Source: the human T2T-CHM13v2.0 reference genome, Homo sapiens
NCBI RefSeq assembly: GCF_009914755.1
Contig: NC_060941.1
DNA: 64,000 nt
Direction: 5' to 3' (one strand)
Within the stretch, counting starts at the first letter, position 1, and each line of letters starts with the position of its first letter. A program made the position numbers and the translations under genes. This document shows, piece by piece, positions 50,730-64,000 of the stretch. Under the pieces are notes generated by a model. That model was not told the DNA's origin and did not search any database. It saw only the letters and a list, made by a program, of their open reading frames with translations.

Positions 50730-52788
50730 CTACCTTGCTGCTGCTTCTTTTCTAGCCTTCTACCAAGAATAGGTGCTGAATTTTCCACTCTGATCTCCCC
50801 TTTTCCCCTCAGGGGTAAATGCTATCTCACTGAAGTAGATGTCTCAGCATCCGTGAGTTAGTGGCACCAACTCTGCCTCTTAAGCCAGAAATCCTGGGTT
50901 CGATACTTGGCTCTGTCACTTTCTGGTTTGTGCCTGTAAGTATAGCCATTCCTTCTGTGCCTGTCAATGCAATGGAGATAATATTGGAAATAACATCTGC
51001 TTCTTGTGATCATGGAGATTAAAATAACATATGTGAGAGGGCTTGGCACATTCTCTGTCCCTGATGTTCCGATACTAAACAGGAACTCAACAAATGCTGG
51101 TTCCCACCCTCCTTCCTTCCCCTCTTATGGAAGGGCATTGCTTTAGATTTCAGATTCAGAAAAGGAGGGTTGAATCTGAACTGAGTTTTAGGTTTCCCAT
51201 CTATAAAATGAGAAAAGAAAAAGACATTTACACTGAGTTTGTTAGTAATCAGCCATCAGCCATTGGACTTGGCACTCTACTATATTAGGATTATTATATC
51301 TAATCCTCCCCACAACTTGGTAGGAGAGGCATTATCACCACTGCCTCACAGAGGAGGAAACTGAGGCTCAAGGAGGTGAAGAAACTTGCTCGAGGTTATG
51401 GGCTAAGGGTCAGAACTGGCTTCAAACCCAAGTCTCTCCAACCCAAAGCTTTCGCTTTTTTCTCTAAGATGCCACTACTGCTGCCATTATCACCACTACC
51501 ACTGCGTGTTCTGTGCTGGTCTTGCCTTCTTCCCTTGTCCTCTGAGGCCACTGGACCCAATCGATGTGTATTTTTAGTGACTTTGAGTTTATTAACAAAA
51601 AGGAAACAAACATGTTGTAAAATAAGTTTATGACTTGAAGCATGCAAAATGGCAGAGGGTTACCCTTTTAGAGGATGATAATTTATAGTCACCTCCACCA
51701 ACTCCAACCACCCATCCCCACTGGACCATGAACTTGGGTTGTCTTTTGCCCTCCACTTCACAGAGAAGGGGCTGATCAAAGGAGGGGCTGTCATTGCACT
51801 AGCTCTCGCCCTCCCCCTGTGGGTGAGTCAGCTCTGCCCAAGCTGGTAGAGTCAGGAAATAGTTCAGGTACCTCGAAAACAACTGTTTAAAGTGTCTGGG
51901 GGAAAATAAAGTGTTTTGGGGATGTCCCCAAGCCCCACTTGGCTTGGATAGCAAAGCTAGGGTGTCCTTTCCTTGCCTTTCCAACTCTTGGTCAAAATAT
52001 GCTTCCTTGGGATGACTTAGAAGAGACTTGTTTGGGAATCACTTTTCTTTAACTTCCAGAATTCCTAACTAGGGTGCCTGAAGCAAGAGCTGGGTCTGGG
52101 AAATGACGCAGCTCCATGAGGAATGATGGAAACTATGCGAGCTGCTTTTAATAGCATCAAATATGGCACAGCACAGTCCTCCTTCTCCCTAGCCCCCACG
52201 TGCTGGTAGCCTGGCCCACATGCTCTGTGGCCCAGACTGAAAAGCCAGTGGTTGTCTCTTCAGGGCGGCTGTGGACCTGAATGTATGCGGGACACAACGT
52301 AGGAGGTTCAGGCATTAATCTCCAGTCTGTCCCATGAAAGACCCAAATGTAATTTTCTGGCCCAAGAAAATGAACCTTTGGCTTCTTTTTCTATCAGTGT
52401 AGAGGAGAGCACGGAGCTTGGGACTCAGCATGAGAAGATGTGGTCCTAGTCGCATCTGTCACATGCTGGCCGTGTCTCCCCTCTCTCTGAGCCTCCTTTT
52501 CTTCCGCACAGCTCCTCACAACGCTTGCAGTGCTAAAGGATGATGATTCCCAAATCATGTTTGCAATCACGAATTTCTCAGCCATGGCAGGGCTCTGTCT
52601 CAATCTATAGCAGACCTCTCTGGAGCAAAGTTAGGGACGGAGGAGGTAGAACTTCTTTCTCTATTTATCTTACATTTTAAACTTATTCTAATACTTTTCA
52701 AATATCGAATGTCTATATTTGTATAGTAGTACATATGTATAATTTGTAAATCAATTTGTAAATAAGATATTGGTAGCTTGTGCTTTAA

Positions 52789-53088
<300 letters not shown>

Positions 53089-56000
53089 TAAGGCTTTTTG
53101 CTGAAGGGAGGTGAGATTTAAAAATGTATGGAGACCACAGGGGGATGGGGAAGTCAACATGAGGCTCTGCTCACAGGCTGGGACCTCTGCCATTCCTGTC
53201 ATGCCCTGGGCTCTCCACCGTCCTCCCAGAGGTGGATCACCAGAGCTCTGGGTGGAGAGGCCAGGCCCAGGAGTGGAAAGAGAAGAGGCCTGGAGCTTCA
53301 CTCCTCATTAGATGCCTGCCTAATCTCTGTGAGCCTGTCTCTCCACGTTAATTAGGGGCAATAAAATACTCCTTATCTTTCAAGGTTATAGAAAAGATTA
53401 AATGAGACGATAGAGATGAAACGTGTGCTCAGTTCAAGTTGTTCCCCTTCCCCCCACATAATTTGCCTGTCTGCACGGGACTCATTTTAGATGTCTAAAA
53501 GAGTGAGATTTTTCTTTTCTGGGAAATTCTGTTTATTGACTTTATTGCGTCTCCTGTCTCACAGTTAAGCCTCCTTTACCAGACGCCAAAGTCCAGATCT
53601 ACGTGCGGTTAGGTGCACAAGGCCAGCGGCAGGAGAGTGATGCTGGGGAATTCCTGCCTGGTCCTCCCAGCCCTCTGAGCGCCCCCCACTGCCAGGGGTT
53701 TGGGGCTCATCCAGGACACAGGACAGCATTCAAGGACACTTAGAAAAGAATGTGCCTCCAGCAGGTCAGCCAGCCATCCTCACTAGTGCCCCCAGGAAGG
53801 GATGGCTTGAGCTTTGCTGCCTCCTTCCAAGTCTGTTGCCACACTCGGTGACACTGGGATACATCTATTGTCAAAAGAAAGTCCCAGCTTTGTTGCTGTG
53901 TTTTTGGAGGCCTTGGGCAAGTCCCTCTATCTTTTTTGGCTTCAACATCCTCTGTTATAAAAAGGGATGAGTAGTATCTGTGTTGCCAACCTCCTGGCCT
54001 TGGTCCACAGGCCAAATGAGATGCTTCTGAATGAAAATACGTAGTAAGAAGTGAAAAGGATTGCGATGAGTAAGCTTCTTGTTGGTCCAATCAGTGCCAG
54101 TCCATGCTCATTTCTTCTCGAAAAGACCCACTGATTTTTATAGGGTAAGGAGGGGGAATGATTGGCAAGGCACTGACCAATCCCATTAGCTCTGAGAGGG
54201 GGATGATTTAGCATCACCTGCCTTATCAATCTCCCTGCCCCGCCTGCATCCTCGGCTTTTGGGGAGGTCAATTTCCGGCACACACAGAAAAGCCTGTGGC
54301 TGTGGCCGGGAACAATTGGCCACAGTGCTCCTCTCGTGTTGATCCTTTCATTTCCTCCTGCCGGGGACAGCGGTTCTAAGTTTCGCGCTACTCTTTTGGA
54401 CTAATCGTTTACAACAGGCCTGAGCACTCAGCCCCTCTCTCACTTTTGCTGTCCAGCTACTGCTCTGTATGGCAAGGTCGCTAATTGGGACGTGATCCTG
54501 GCCAAATGGCAAGAGAGATTCAAGGAACCGGTTCCCTGGACCTCAAATATCCTGCCCCCAACTTTACAGCTCAGGCGGCCACGGAGGAAGCGTGAGTCAT
54601 ACTTGAGAGGTGAGGCCGCGGCTTAGGAAAGGCTTCGGCAATGACATTTTTCACGCTTTTAATAAACCCCTGTATTATTAGAACTTGCCAAAGCTGAATT
54701 TAATGAAAGTCTTAGGCCCTAAGGCCTGAATTTTTCTTTTGTATCGCAAAATGAAACCAACTGGTTCAATTCAAATTAACCCCAGAAAATGTGAGGGCTT
54801 TATATTTCTTTCTTTCCCCCCCGCCTTTCTTCTCTCTCTCTTTCTCTGCTCTCTCATTTTGAAATTTTGCTGTGATTACAATCTCTTGGAAGAAAAGGAA
54901 ATGTACAGGAGGAAGAAGAAATCAAACATGAGAAATATATTCAGATAGTTACAACTTTCTCTATGGGACTCCTTAAGCAGAGTTACCCATCACTGATACA
55001 AGTTCATATGAGAATTTTTTAAAGGAAGAGAATGAAAAGGCAAAAAATAAAGAGGTCCTCTCAAATTGTACCAGAGACACAATAGGATTTAACATTCAAT
55101 TTTATGAAAGCTCCTTCAATTAGACCTGCTAAGCATCAGTCTTGTGCAATACTGGTGCCCCCCAAACAAACAAACAACCATTTCAGAAATAATAAAATGA
55201 CACGTTCTTTATTTTTCAGATTTCTGAGGCTTAGCCCTTGGAAACTACCCTGGGGGGGCGATATTAGGGGTGGTAAAGTAATGTGCCACTGGGCACCTGG
55301 CCTTCAACTATTCAGAAGCTACGGTGGCAGGAAATAGCTCAGCGGCAGCTTCCGTGTTTGCAGGAGCTAATGAAAAGACATCTTTTTTCCCCCTCACAGC
55401 TACGTTCATAAACAAATGTTCACTATCCAACCTTCACTCCCATTTGGCACATAGTTCCCAATAGAGCAGGCCTTCAAATGCCTCCTTGTCCTTTATGGAG
55501 CAGAAAGGTACAAGGGCTCAGCCTTCAAGGCCTTCCCCGCGGGCCTTCCTGAAGGCAGGTCAGTCAGCCTCAGGGGGCACACGACCCCCACTGGAGCTAC
55601 TGGACTAGAAAGTTACCCAAGATGTGGGGAGGGAAACGACTGTAGATACCCTGCCTTCAGCATCTAGAGGCAGGCAGTCGAAGGGGGCTGGGAAAAAACC
55701 CAGGCCCAGAGCTGCCTTTGTCTTGGCTGATTCCTCCTTTTGGGAATCAGGCTCAGCTCCGATTCCTGCAGGGAAGTCCCTGCTTGGCATCAAGGCTGGC
55801 CTCAGGCATAAGATCCTAATTATTTGAATGGTATTTGTTTTCATAGCTCTTTTTTTTTTAAAAAATGTGTCCAGGTCGATGGCATTTTAATGCCTTATTA
55901 AACAGGGGTTTTACAGCAGTCTGTCTGTTCAGTCTCTGGGCCCATGCCTGCACTTTGTGTGCAGGGATTTTATCTTTCCTGCTGGCCGAAAATATTTTCC

Positions 56001-56642
56001 GAATTCCCTATAAAAGTTTTCGAGATTTCCTAAGACAAATAGAGCTCCACCAGCTCTAAAATGACCTTGATGCCGTCGGAATTATATTCAGACACAGGCT
56101 TTCTCCCCTGTTTACACAAAGAACTGAACCTCACTTGTACTCATGAACTGCCGTTATGAGGACACCAAATTTGCTCCACAAATGTGCTGGTGCATAAAAA
56201 CACAACTGTACCTGGGATGGCTCACCAGAGTCCCATACTTTACTGGTTTCTTCCATCCTCTCAGATGGCCGCCTTGGCTTTGAAGGCAGCATCAATAAAG
56301 CCTGTCCTGGATGCAGTTTCCATAAGAGTGGGCAGCAGCTCCCAGCTGAGGGAGCAGCCAGGCCTGTAGTGGGAACATGGCTGTCGTGAAGACCACAGAA
56401 CCCACCCCTTTTGTTTACTTGCAAGTGTTTAAACCTTTGTGAAAATGAAGTCTTTTCAGAAAGAAGCTGGATTTAGAAAATATTACCATAAGCCACAAGT
56501 CAGGCTACTTAGTGTTATGGAAAAAACCTAGAACAGACATGGGTTCAAATCTCCTTTCTGACATGCTGTAGGGTGTGATCTTGGGCAAAATAAAAATAAA
56601 AAATAGTACCAGGTTCTTTATTTTAAAAAATGGGGAAAATTA

Positions 56643-57071
<429 letters not shown>

Positions 57072-58109
57072 CTACTATCTCCATTTCCTGAGGGTCCTTA
57101 GGACTCAGATGAGCAGAAGCACAGCCACTGTGTGTCCTGAGGCTTTGATAAAGATTCTGGAGGTGGGAGGGGAAAGGAGGTCTCAGAGACTGAGTGTCAA
57201 CTCTGGGCCAGATACAGTGGTAGGCGGTGAAACTAGAATTTAAATTCCAATCTGACTCCAAGATCTGCAAGGGCTGGTTCCACTATGCAGATTGGGGAAA
57301 GTGTTGAAATTAAACATGGGGAATTATGTCAGCTGCCTGCAACACAGCCTAAGCCTGAACCAGGCCAGATGGGGCTCATTTTGTGTAGGTAGCATTAAAA
57401 AAAAAACCCTCCAATAGTAACTGTGTAGCCACCAGGAAGCTCCCTCTGAATTTCTATTTTGCTAGGTCATTTTTCAGCATTACCCTTTTGGTGGTATTTC
57501 ACTAAAAATGCCACATTTAGTATTTAAGACAGACAGACAAATACCCTGGGAAGGAGTTTGTAGGGATGTCCAGCCCATTCAGAACATTCCTGCTTATTCC
57601 ATGTCTGCTGGTGTTAAGCACGTCACAACCAAAGATGGAGGGTTGTCTGATGGCCGCAGTACAAAAGGACAATTAACCAGGGGTCATGTTTATGCTTCTA
57701 TGGTTAGAACCAGTCATTTATTTAACTAAGACTTTCCACTTTCATGGAATCAATGAATACTCTGAATTTCAAGGACAATTGTATGTTTCATTCCTTGAAA
57801 CTCTATTTGATTCTTTTTCAAGTCAGCTTAGTCTTAAAAATTATTGCTTTTTCTGATGTTCACAATCTCTTCTTTTTTGTATTTAATTATCTTAAACAAT
57901 TTTAAAATAATCTCTAGATGATAATTCTGTTATCTGAGGTTCTTGTGGGGAGGGGTGACTAATCTAACTGCCATTTATTGGGTCTACTGATATTTCACAA
58001 CAGATATTTATCTTTTATTGTTTTATAATTTTATGAGAATTCATCCTAAGCTAGGCTTTATCTCCTGTCAGATTCCTTCAGAAAAGTTTTGCTTGCTTTT
58101 GAAGACTAA

Positions 58110-58535
<426 letters not shown>

Positions 58536-58699
58536 GCGTGGGAGTTTTGGGGGGTTTCAGCTATTCATAAGTCTCAGTATCGACTCCTTTAATTTCTTTT
58601 CCCCACATGTCAGTTAAGACTCAAGCTCCTGGCTGTTTTGAAGAATAAAACTGGAGGGGTCTTATACTACAAGAGGACTTATCATAAAGCCATAGCAGT

Positions 58700-60025
58700 T
58701 AAGGCTGGTGCAAAGGTAGATGAATGGGCCACTGAACAGAACAGAAAGTCCAGAAACAGATGCACACACATATGATACCTGAATTAGGAAAAGGGTGGCA
58801 TTGCAGTGGAAAAGGATGGTGCTGGGCCAATTGGATATCCCTATGGAACAAAATGAAATTTGAGTCCTGACTCATACCATACACAAAAATAACTTTCAGA
58901 TTGTTTGTGATCTATATATGAACTGAAAACAATAAAATATTTAAAAGAAAACATAAGATAATATCTCCATGACCTTAGGCTAAGCAGAGATTTCTTAAAG
59001 AGGACACAAAAAACACTGTCATAATTGAAAACTGACAGATTGGTCTATATTGAAATAAAAATGTATGTGTATCAAAAGATCCACTAAGATAACAAAAAAA
59101 AAAAAACAAGCACAGAATAGAAGATATTGAAGACTCAAATCCAGAACGTATTTTTAAAAACTTCTGTAAATCAGTAAGAAAAATGCAGACAACCCAATAG
59201 AAAAATGGGCAAAAGACTTGTAAGGGCTGTTTGCAAAAGAGAATACTCAACTTGCCAAGAAACATATGAAAAGGTGCTCAACTTCAATAGCCATCAGGAA
59301 ATTGCAAAGTATGACTGCAATACTGCTATACTCCCACCAGAATAGCTAATAAAAGAAGGTAATACTGAGTGTTAGTGGAACTTTCATCCACAGCTGGTGG
59401 GAATGTAAATCGGTACAACCACTTTGGAAAATTGTTTGTTAGTATCTACTAAACTGTCAGGATCCTATAACTATGTTTAGTAGGAACATAGCCTATGACC
59501 AAGCAACTTCCCTCTTAGTTATATCCAAAAGAAATGCACACACATTCTTTACAAAAGGCATGTATAGCATACTAACAGTGCATTATTCATTATAATACAA
59601 AAGTGGGAACAACCCAAATGTTCATCTGCAGTAGAAAGAATAAATAAATTGCGGAATTCATACAGCAGTGGGAATGAATCAGTTACAACTAAATGCAAAA
59701 GCATAGCTAAATCTTACAAACATCATGTTATGCGAAAGAAGCCAGGCTTAAATGAGTACACACCTCATGTTTTCATTATACAAACTCCAAACAGGTAGAA
59801 CTCCTTCAATGTTGTTAGAAGTTAGAATAGAGATTTCCTTGGAGGGATGAGTAGTGACTGAATAGGTTACAAGGGGGAGCCTCTGGAGTGGCGGTAAAAG
59901 ACTGTTTCTTGGTATGGGTACTGGTTACATGGTTGTGTTCACTTTGTGAAAATACATCCAGGTGTACAACTTTAACTTGAGAAAATTTTTGAATGCCTGT
60001 TACACTTAAAAAAACTTTACTCAAA
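58700..60025 (+). mobile_element. L1M-type LINE 3' portion (decayed ORF2 end and 3'UTR)
   Basis: Motifs AACCCAATAGAAAAATGGGCAAAAGACTTG, CATATGAAAAGGTGCTCAAC, GGTACAACCACTTTGGAAAA. Confidence 0.85.
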
Positions 60026-60051
60026 ATAAGTTTATTTTTAAAAGATAATCT

Positions 60052-60357
60052 TCTGGGTGATGTGGCTCACCCCTGTAAACCCAGCATTTTGAGAGGCCTA
60101 AGTGGGAGGATCACTTAAGCCCAGATGTTCGAGACCAGCCTGGGTAACATAGAGATACCCCATGTCTCCTAAAAATTTTTTGAAAATAGCCAGTCGGAGT
60201 GGCACACACCTATAGTCCTAGCTACTTGGGAGGCCGAGGTGGGAGAATCATTTGAGCCCAGGAGTTCAAGGTTGTAGTGAGCTATGGTTGCACCACTGCA
60301 CTCCAACTTGAGTGACAGAGCAAGACCCTGTCTCTAAATAATAACAACAATAATAAC
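60052..60357 (+). mobile_element. Alu (AluJ-like)
   Basis: Diverged dimeric Alu. Confidence 0.88.
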
Positions 60358-61658
60358 CATAATCCTTAACCAATTATTAATAGAAAAACAAAATTTAAGC
60401 CCTTTTATTAATAACACAGGTTCTCTAACCCCAGGTAGTCCCAGCATCAGCTTAAACTCCTTTAGTTTGTACATTTTTGGACTTTGAGGGTTTCTTTTAC
60501 TTTCCTGCAAGTTCAGTTGCGTATTTAAGTGAATGCTGCTATATTTTTATCCATCTTCCAAGAGGTTTCTGAGCAGGAGTATTTTCAGGTTATCTAAGTC
60601 ACAATATTGCCAAAATCAGAAGTCTTCTATGAAAAGGTGCTCAACTTCAGTAGTCATCAGGGAAATACAAATCATAGCCACAATGCATACCATTATGCCC
60701 CTGTTTTTTAAAATTTCCGTAAGCATTTTTACTTCCCAAATGGCTCTGTTGTAACTGAAACAGGGATCTAAGCTGAGTCAACCATGAGGCAAAAGACACT
60801 GGCGATTTAGAATAGTCTTCAGTTCACAGATGATTCTTTAAACGTCACCCAGGACTCACAGATGAGCCAAGTGCCTTCCTTGTTGTACCGGGTAACCTAT
60901 CTGTCCGCGAAAAGGTGGGGAGAGAGTAATGACAGGAGAGAGGGAACTCTGATTTGAAAGAGTTTGCTTTCTCTTTCCTTTGGCCTTAGTGTGTTTGAGA
61001 ATGCTGGTTCAGATTCATTTTTGAAAGGCCTGATGATAAAATGTGCTGAGATGGAGCAAAGAAATTTAATAGGCATACGGACACTAAATCTTGTGGAACT
61101 GTTAGTCTTCAGGTTGGCAGGGAGAGGGTTAGATTAATATTGATATAGAGATACTTTCTCATTAGGTCATAAAGTGATTATTTCTTTCTGTTGAGTCTCT
61201 ATTTAAAGTTTTAGTCAAATTGAGAAAAATGTCCAAAACCAGGATGAATCAGGTAGTTTCAGTCCTCTGCCTCTGTGCTGAGTTCTCTAGTATATTTCAT
61301 ACGGGAAACAGAAGGCGGACATGGTCCTGTAGTCTAGGAGCATGTTCTTTCAACTGCGGACTCAGAAGTAGCAGTAATGGCAACAATGAGGGGTATAATT
61401 ACCACCCACAACATTGGCCATATGAAAGAAATTCCCCTAACTTCCTTCCTCTGCATCTCCAAACTTAGTTCGTTCTTTATTTGTTTTTATTGTGCGTGGT
61501 ATTTAATACTTTTCCACTCTATTTTCTAAGTGGTTATTTCTGAGATGTAGTAGGAAAACGATTTTTATTTTGTAAAGGATTACTATGACTCTCTTGAGTC
61601 TGGAAGTTTTTATTTGTTTCCTTTAGATTTTCTAGTTAATCTTGTCATTTTCAAATTA

Positions 61659-63120
61659 TAGTCACATGTCACTTAACAATGGAATACGTTCTGAGAAAGG
61701 TGTTGTTATGCAGACACCATAGAGTGTATTCACACAAACCTAGATGGAATAGCCTACTACACACTTAGACTATGTGAAACAGCCCGTTGCTCCTAGGCTA
61801 CAAACCCGTAGAGCATGTTACTGTACTGTATAATATAAGCAATTGGAATATAATCGTAAATATTTGTGGATCTAAACATATTTAAACATAGAAATGGTGC
61901 AGTAAAAATATAGTATGAAAGATTTAAAAAAATGGTACACCTGTGTAGGGCACTTACCATGAATGGATCTTGCAGGACTGGAAATGGCTCTGGGTGAGTG
62001 AGTGGTGAGTGAATGTGAAGGCCTAGGACATTACTATACACTACTGTAGACTTTATAAATGCTGTACACTTAGGCAACACTACATTTATTTTTTAATAAT
62101 AATTTTGTTTTTTGGGACAGGGTCTCGCTTTGTCACCCATGCTGGAGAGCAGTGGCAAGATGATTGCTCACTGCAGCCTTGACCTCCCAGGCCCAGTTGA
62201 TCTTCCCATTTCAGCCTCCCGGGTAGCTGGGACTACAGGGGTGTGCCACCACACCCGGCTAATTTTTGTATTTTTTGTAGAGACAGGGTTTCGCCATGTT
62301 GCCCAGGCTGGTCTTGAATTCCTGGGCTCCAGTGATCTGCCTGCCTCGGCCTCCCAAAGTGCTGGGATTGCAGGCGTGGGCCACCATGCCCAGCTTTAAT
62401 AATAAATTAACCTTAGTTAACTGAAGGTTTTTATTTTGTAAATGTTTTAATTTTTAATTTTTTCAACTTTTTAACTCTTTCGTAATAAATAATACTTAGC
62501 TTAAAACACAAACCCATTGTACAACCGTACAAAAATATTTTCTTTCATTCTATCTTTATAAGCTTTTCTCTATTTTTAAAATTATTTATTTATTTTACTT
62601 TTAAAACATTTTTGGTTAAAAATGAAGGCACAAACACACACCTTAGCCTAGGCCTACACAGGGTCAGGATCATCAATATCACTGTCTTCCACCTTCACGT
62701 CTTGTCCCACTGGAAGGTCCTCAGGGGCAATAACACACAGGGTGCTATCATCTTCTATGATAACAACGCCTTCTGGAATAACTCTGAAGGGCCTGCCTGA
62801 GGCTATTCTATAATTAACTTTTTTTAATAAGTAGGAGTACACTGTAAAATAATGATAAAAAGTATAGTAAATGCATAAACCGATAACACAGTGGCTCATT
62901 ATCAAATATTATGTACTGTGAATAATGGCATGTGCTGTACTTTTATATGACTGGCCCCACAGTGGGCTTGTTTACACCAGCATCACCACAAACATCCGAG
63001 TAATGTGTTGCACTCAGACATTAGGGTGGCTACCTAACATACAATTTTGCAGCACTATTACAATCTCATGGGACCACCTTGTAGCATATGTAGTAGGTCA
63101 TTGACTGAAATGTCAACTGT
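61659..63120. mobile_element. Tigger3/MER7-type TcMar DNA transposon, interrupted by an Alu
   Basis: ATACGTTCTGAGAAA...CACAAACC(T)TAGATGG..TAGCCTACTACACAC...CTCCTAGGCTACAAACC matches MER7/Tigger3; the sequence continues after the Alu. Confidence 0.8.
62101..62395 (-). mobile_element. Alu (AluJ-like) nested in Tigger3
   Basis: Reverse Alu consensus. Confidence 0.92.
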
Positions 63121-64000
63121 ATTGATATTTCAACCTCTCTGCTTCCTTCCTTCCTCTCTTCCTCTCTTCATTCCATTGTTCCTTTCTATCTTTTGTTGGA
63201 TGAAACTTACTTTAACGCTAATGATAAATAAATGCAATGATAGATGACCTTCTTGTCTTGACTGTTTTATTGAAATTCTTCTAGTGTTTTATTGTTATAT
63301 TTTCTTTTATTATATGTTTGATGATTGTATCTGTTTCCATTTGATCTTCAAGAACATTATTTATTTACTGATTTCTACATTTATCATCTTATTCCTAATT
63401 TTTTTTCCCTTGGCATTCTGAGTGATTTCTGTTTTAGGTTAACCTAGACACTAAGGATGTACAAATCAAGAGACAAACCACGTCTCTCTGTCTCTCCAGT
63501 ACCAACCTCTGTATTCCTATTGCCTTCTGGGTATTGTTATTTGATGTCCTCTAGATAACTCAAGCTTGATGTGTTCAAAACTGAACTCTTTTCTTTTCCA
63601 AAACAAACAAACAAACAAACAAACAGAAAACTCCTCCTCTGTGTGCTAAGCAGAGGTTGATGATTCATCTGGTCATCTAAGCGAGAAACCTCAGAGTCAA
63701 TGTTGGCTTCATCTTTTTCCTCCCTCTCCTTTTCACGTATGATTGGAATGCAAGTGTTTTTGTTGAACAAGGTCCAAAGAGTGGAACAGCAAATTAGAAG
63801 CTTTCATGTGCAAGTTGCTATGAATGATGTGAAATAAGATATGGTCCCCACATTTGTAGTAGTAAGAAAGGAAACTGCTATTTCAAACAAAAACTGATAG
63901 CAGACAGTTCTACAGAAAAGTTACAAAACTGATTTTCAGGGTAGATAACATTATTGTTTAGGAAAACACCTGATGGAACTTTTTGGCTGAGAAAGGCACA

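Noticed and set aside
59265-60649. Identical 22-mer TATGAAAAGGTGCTCAACTTCA at 59265 and 60628
   Set aside because: Both match the same well-conserved L1 segment; explained by repeat homology

Overview
Primate, almost certainly human, genomic DNA (Alu-rich) containing the complete TBX4 T-box transcription factor gene on the + strand. It has a probable non-coding first exon in a CpG island (~11.27-11.42 kb) and eight coding exons (15336-42359). These splice via GT-AG introns into an intact 546-aa ORF, or 545 aa using the distal site of a CAGCAG acceptor. A ~0.8-1.6 kb 3'UTR follows. The rest is intergenic or intronic, with about 16 Alu copies/fragments, L1/L2/MIR/MLT1 relics, a MER58 and a Tigger3/MER7 DNA transposon. 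Most ORF-track entries are GC-rich or repeat artefacts. I found no new protein-coding system. The most interesting unexplained structures are: (1) a ~1.3 kb A-rich degenerate repeat block wedged between two CpG islands in intron 1; (2) a 98-bp, ~94% identical direct duplication bracketing in-frame exon 6; (3) a stop-free, in-frame 120-nt intron 7; (4) leader uORFs and an alternative donor that could extend the N-terminus; (5) PBX/MEIS, TCF/LEF, T-box, PITX and HOX motif clusters marking candidate promoter, lung and limb regulatory elements. Coordinates were read by eye; repeat boundaries and subfamilies are approximate.
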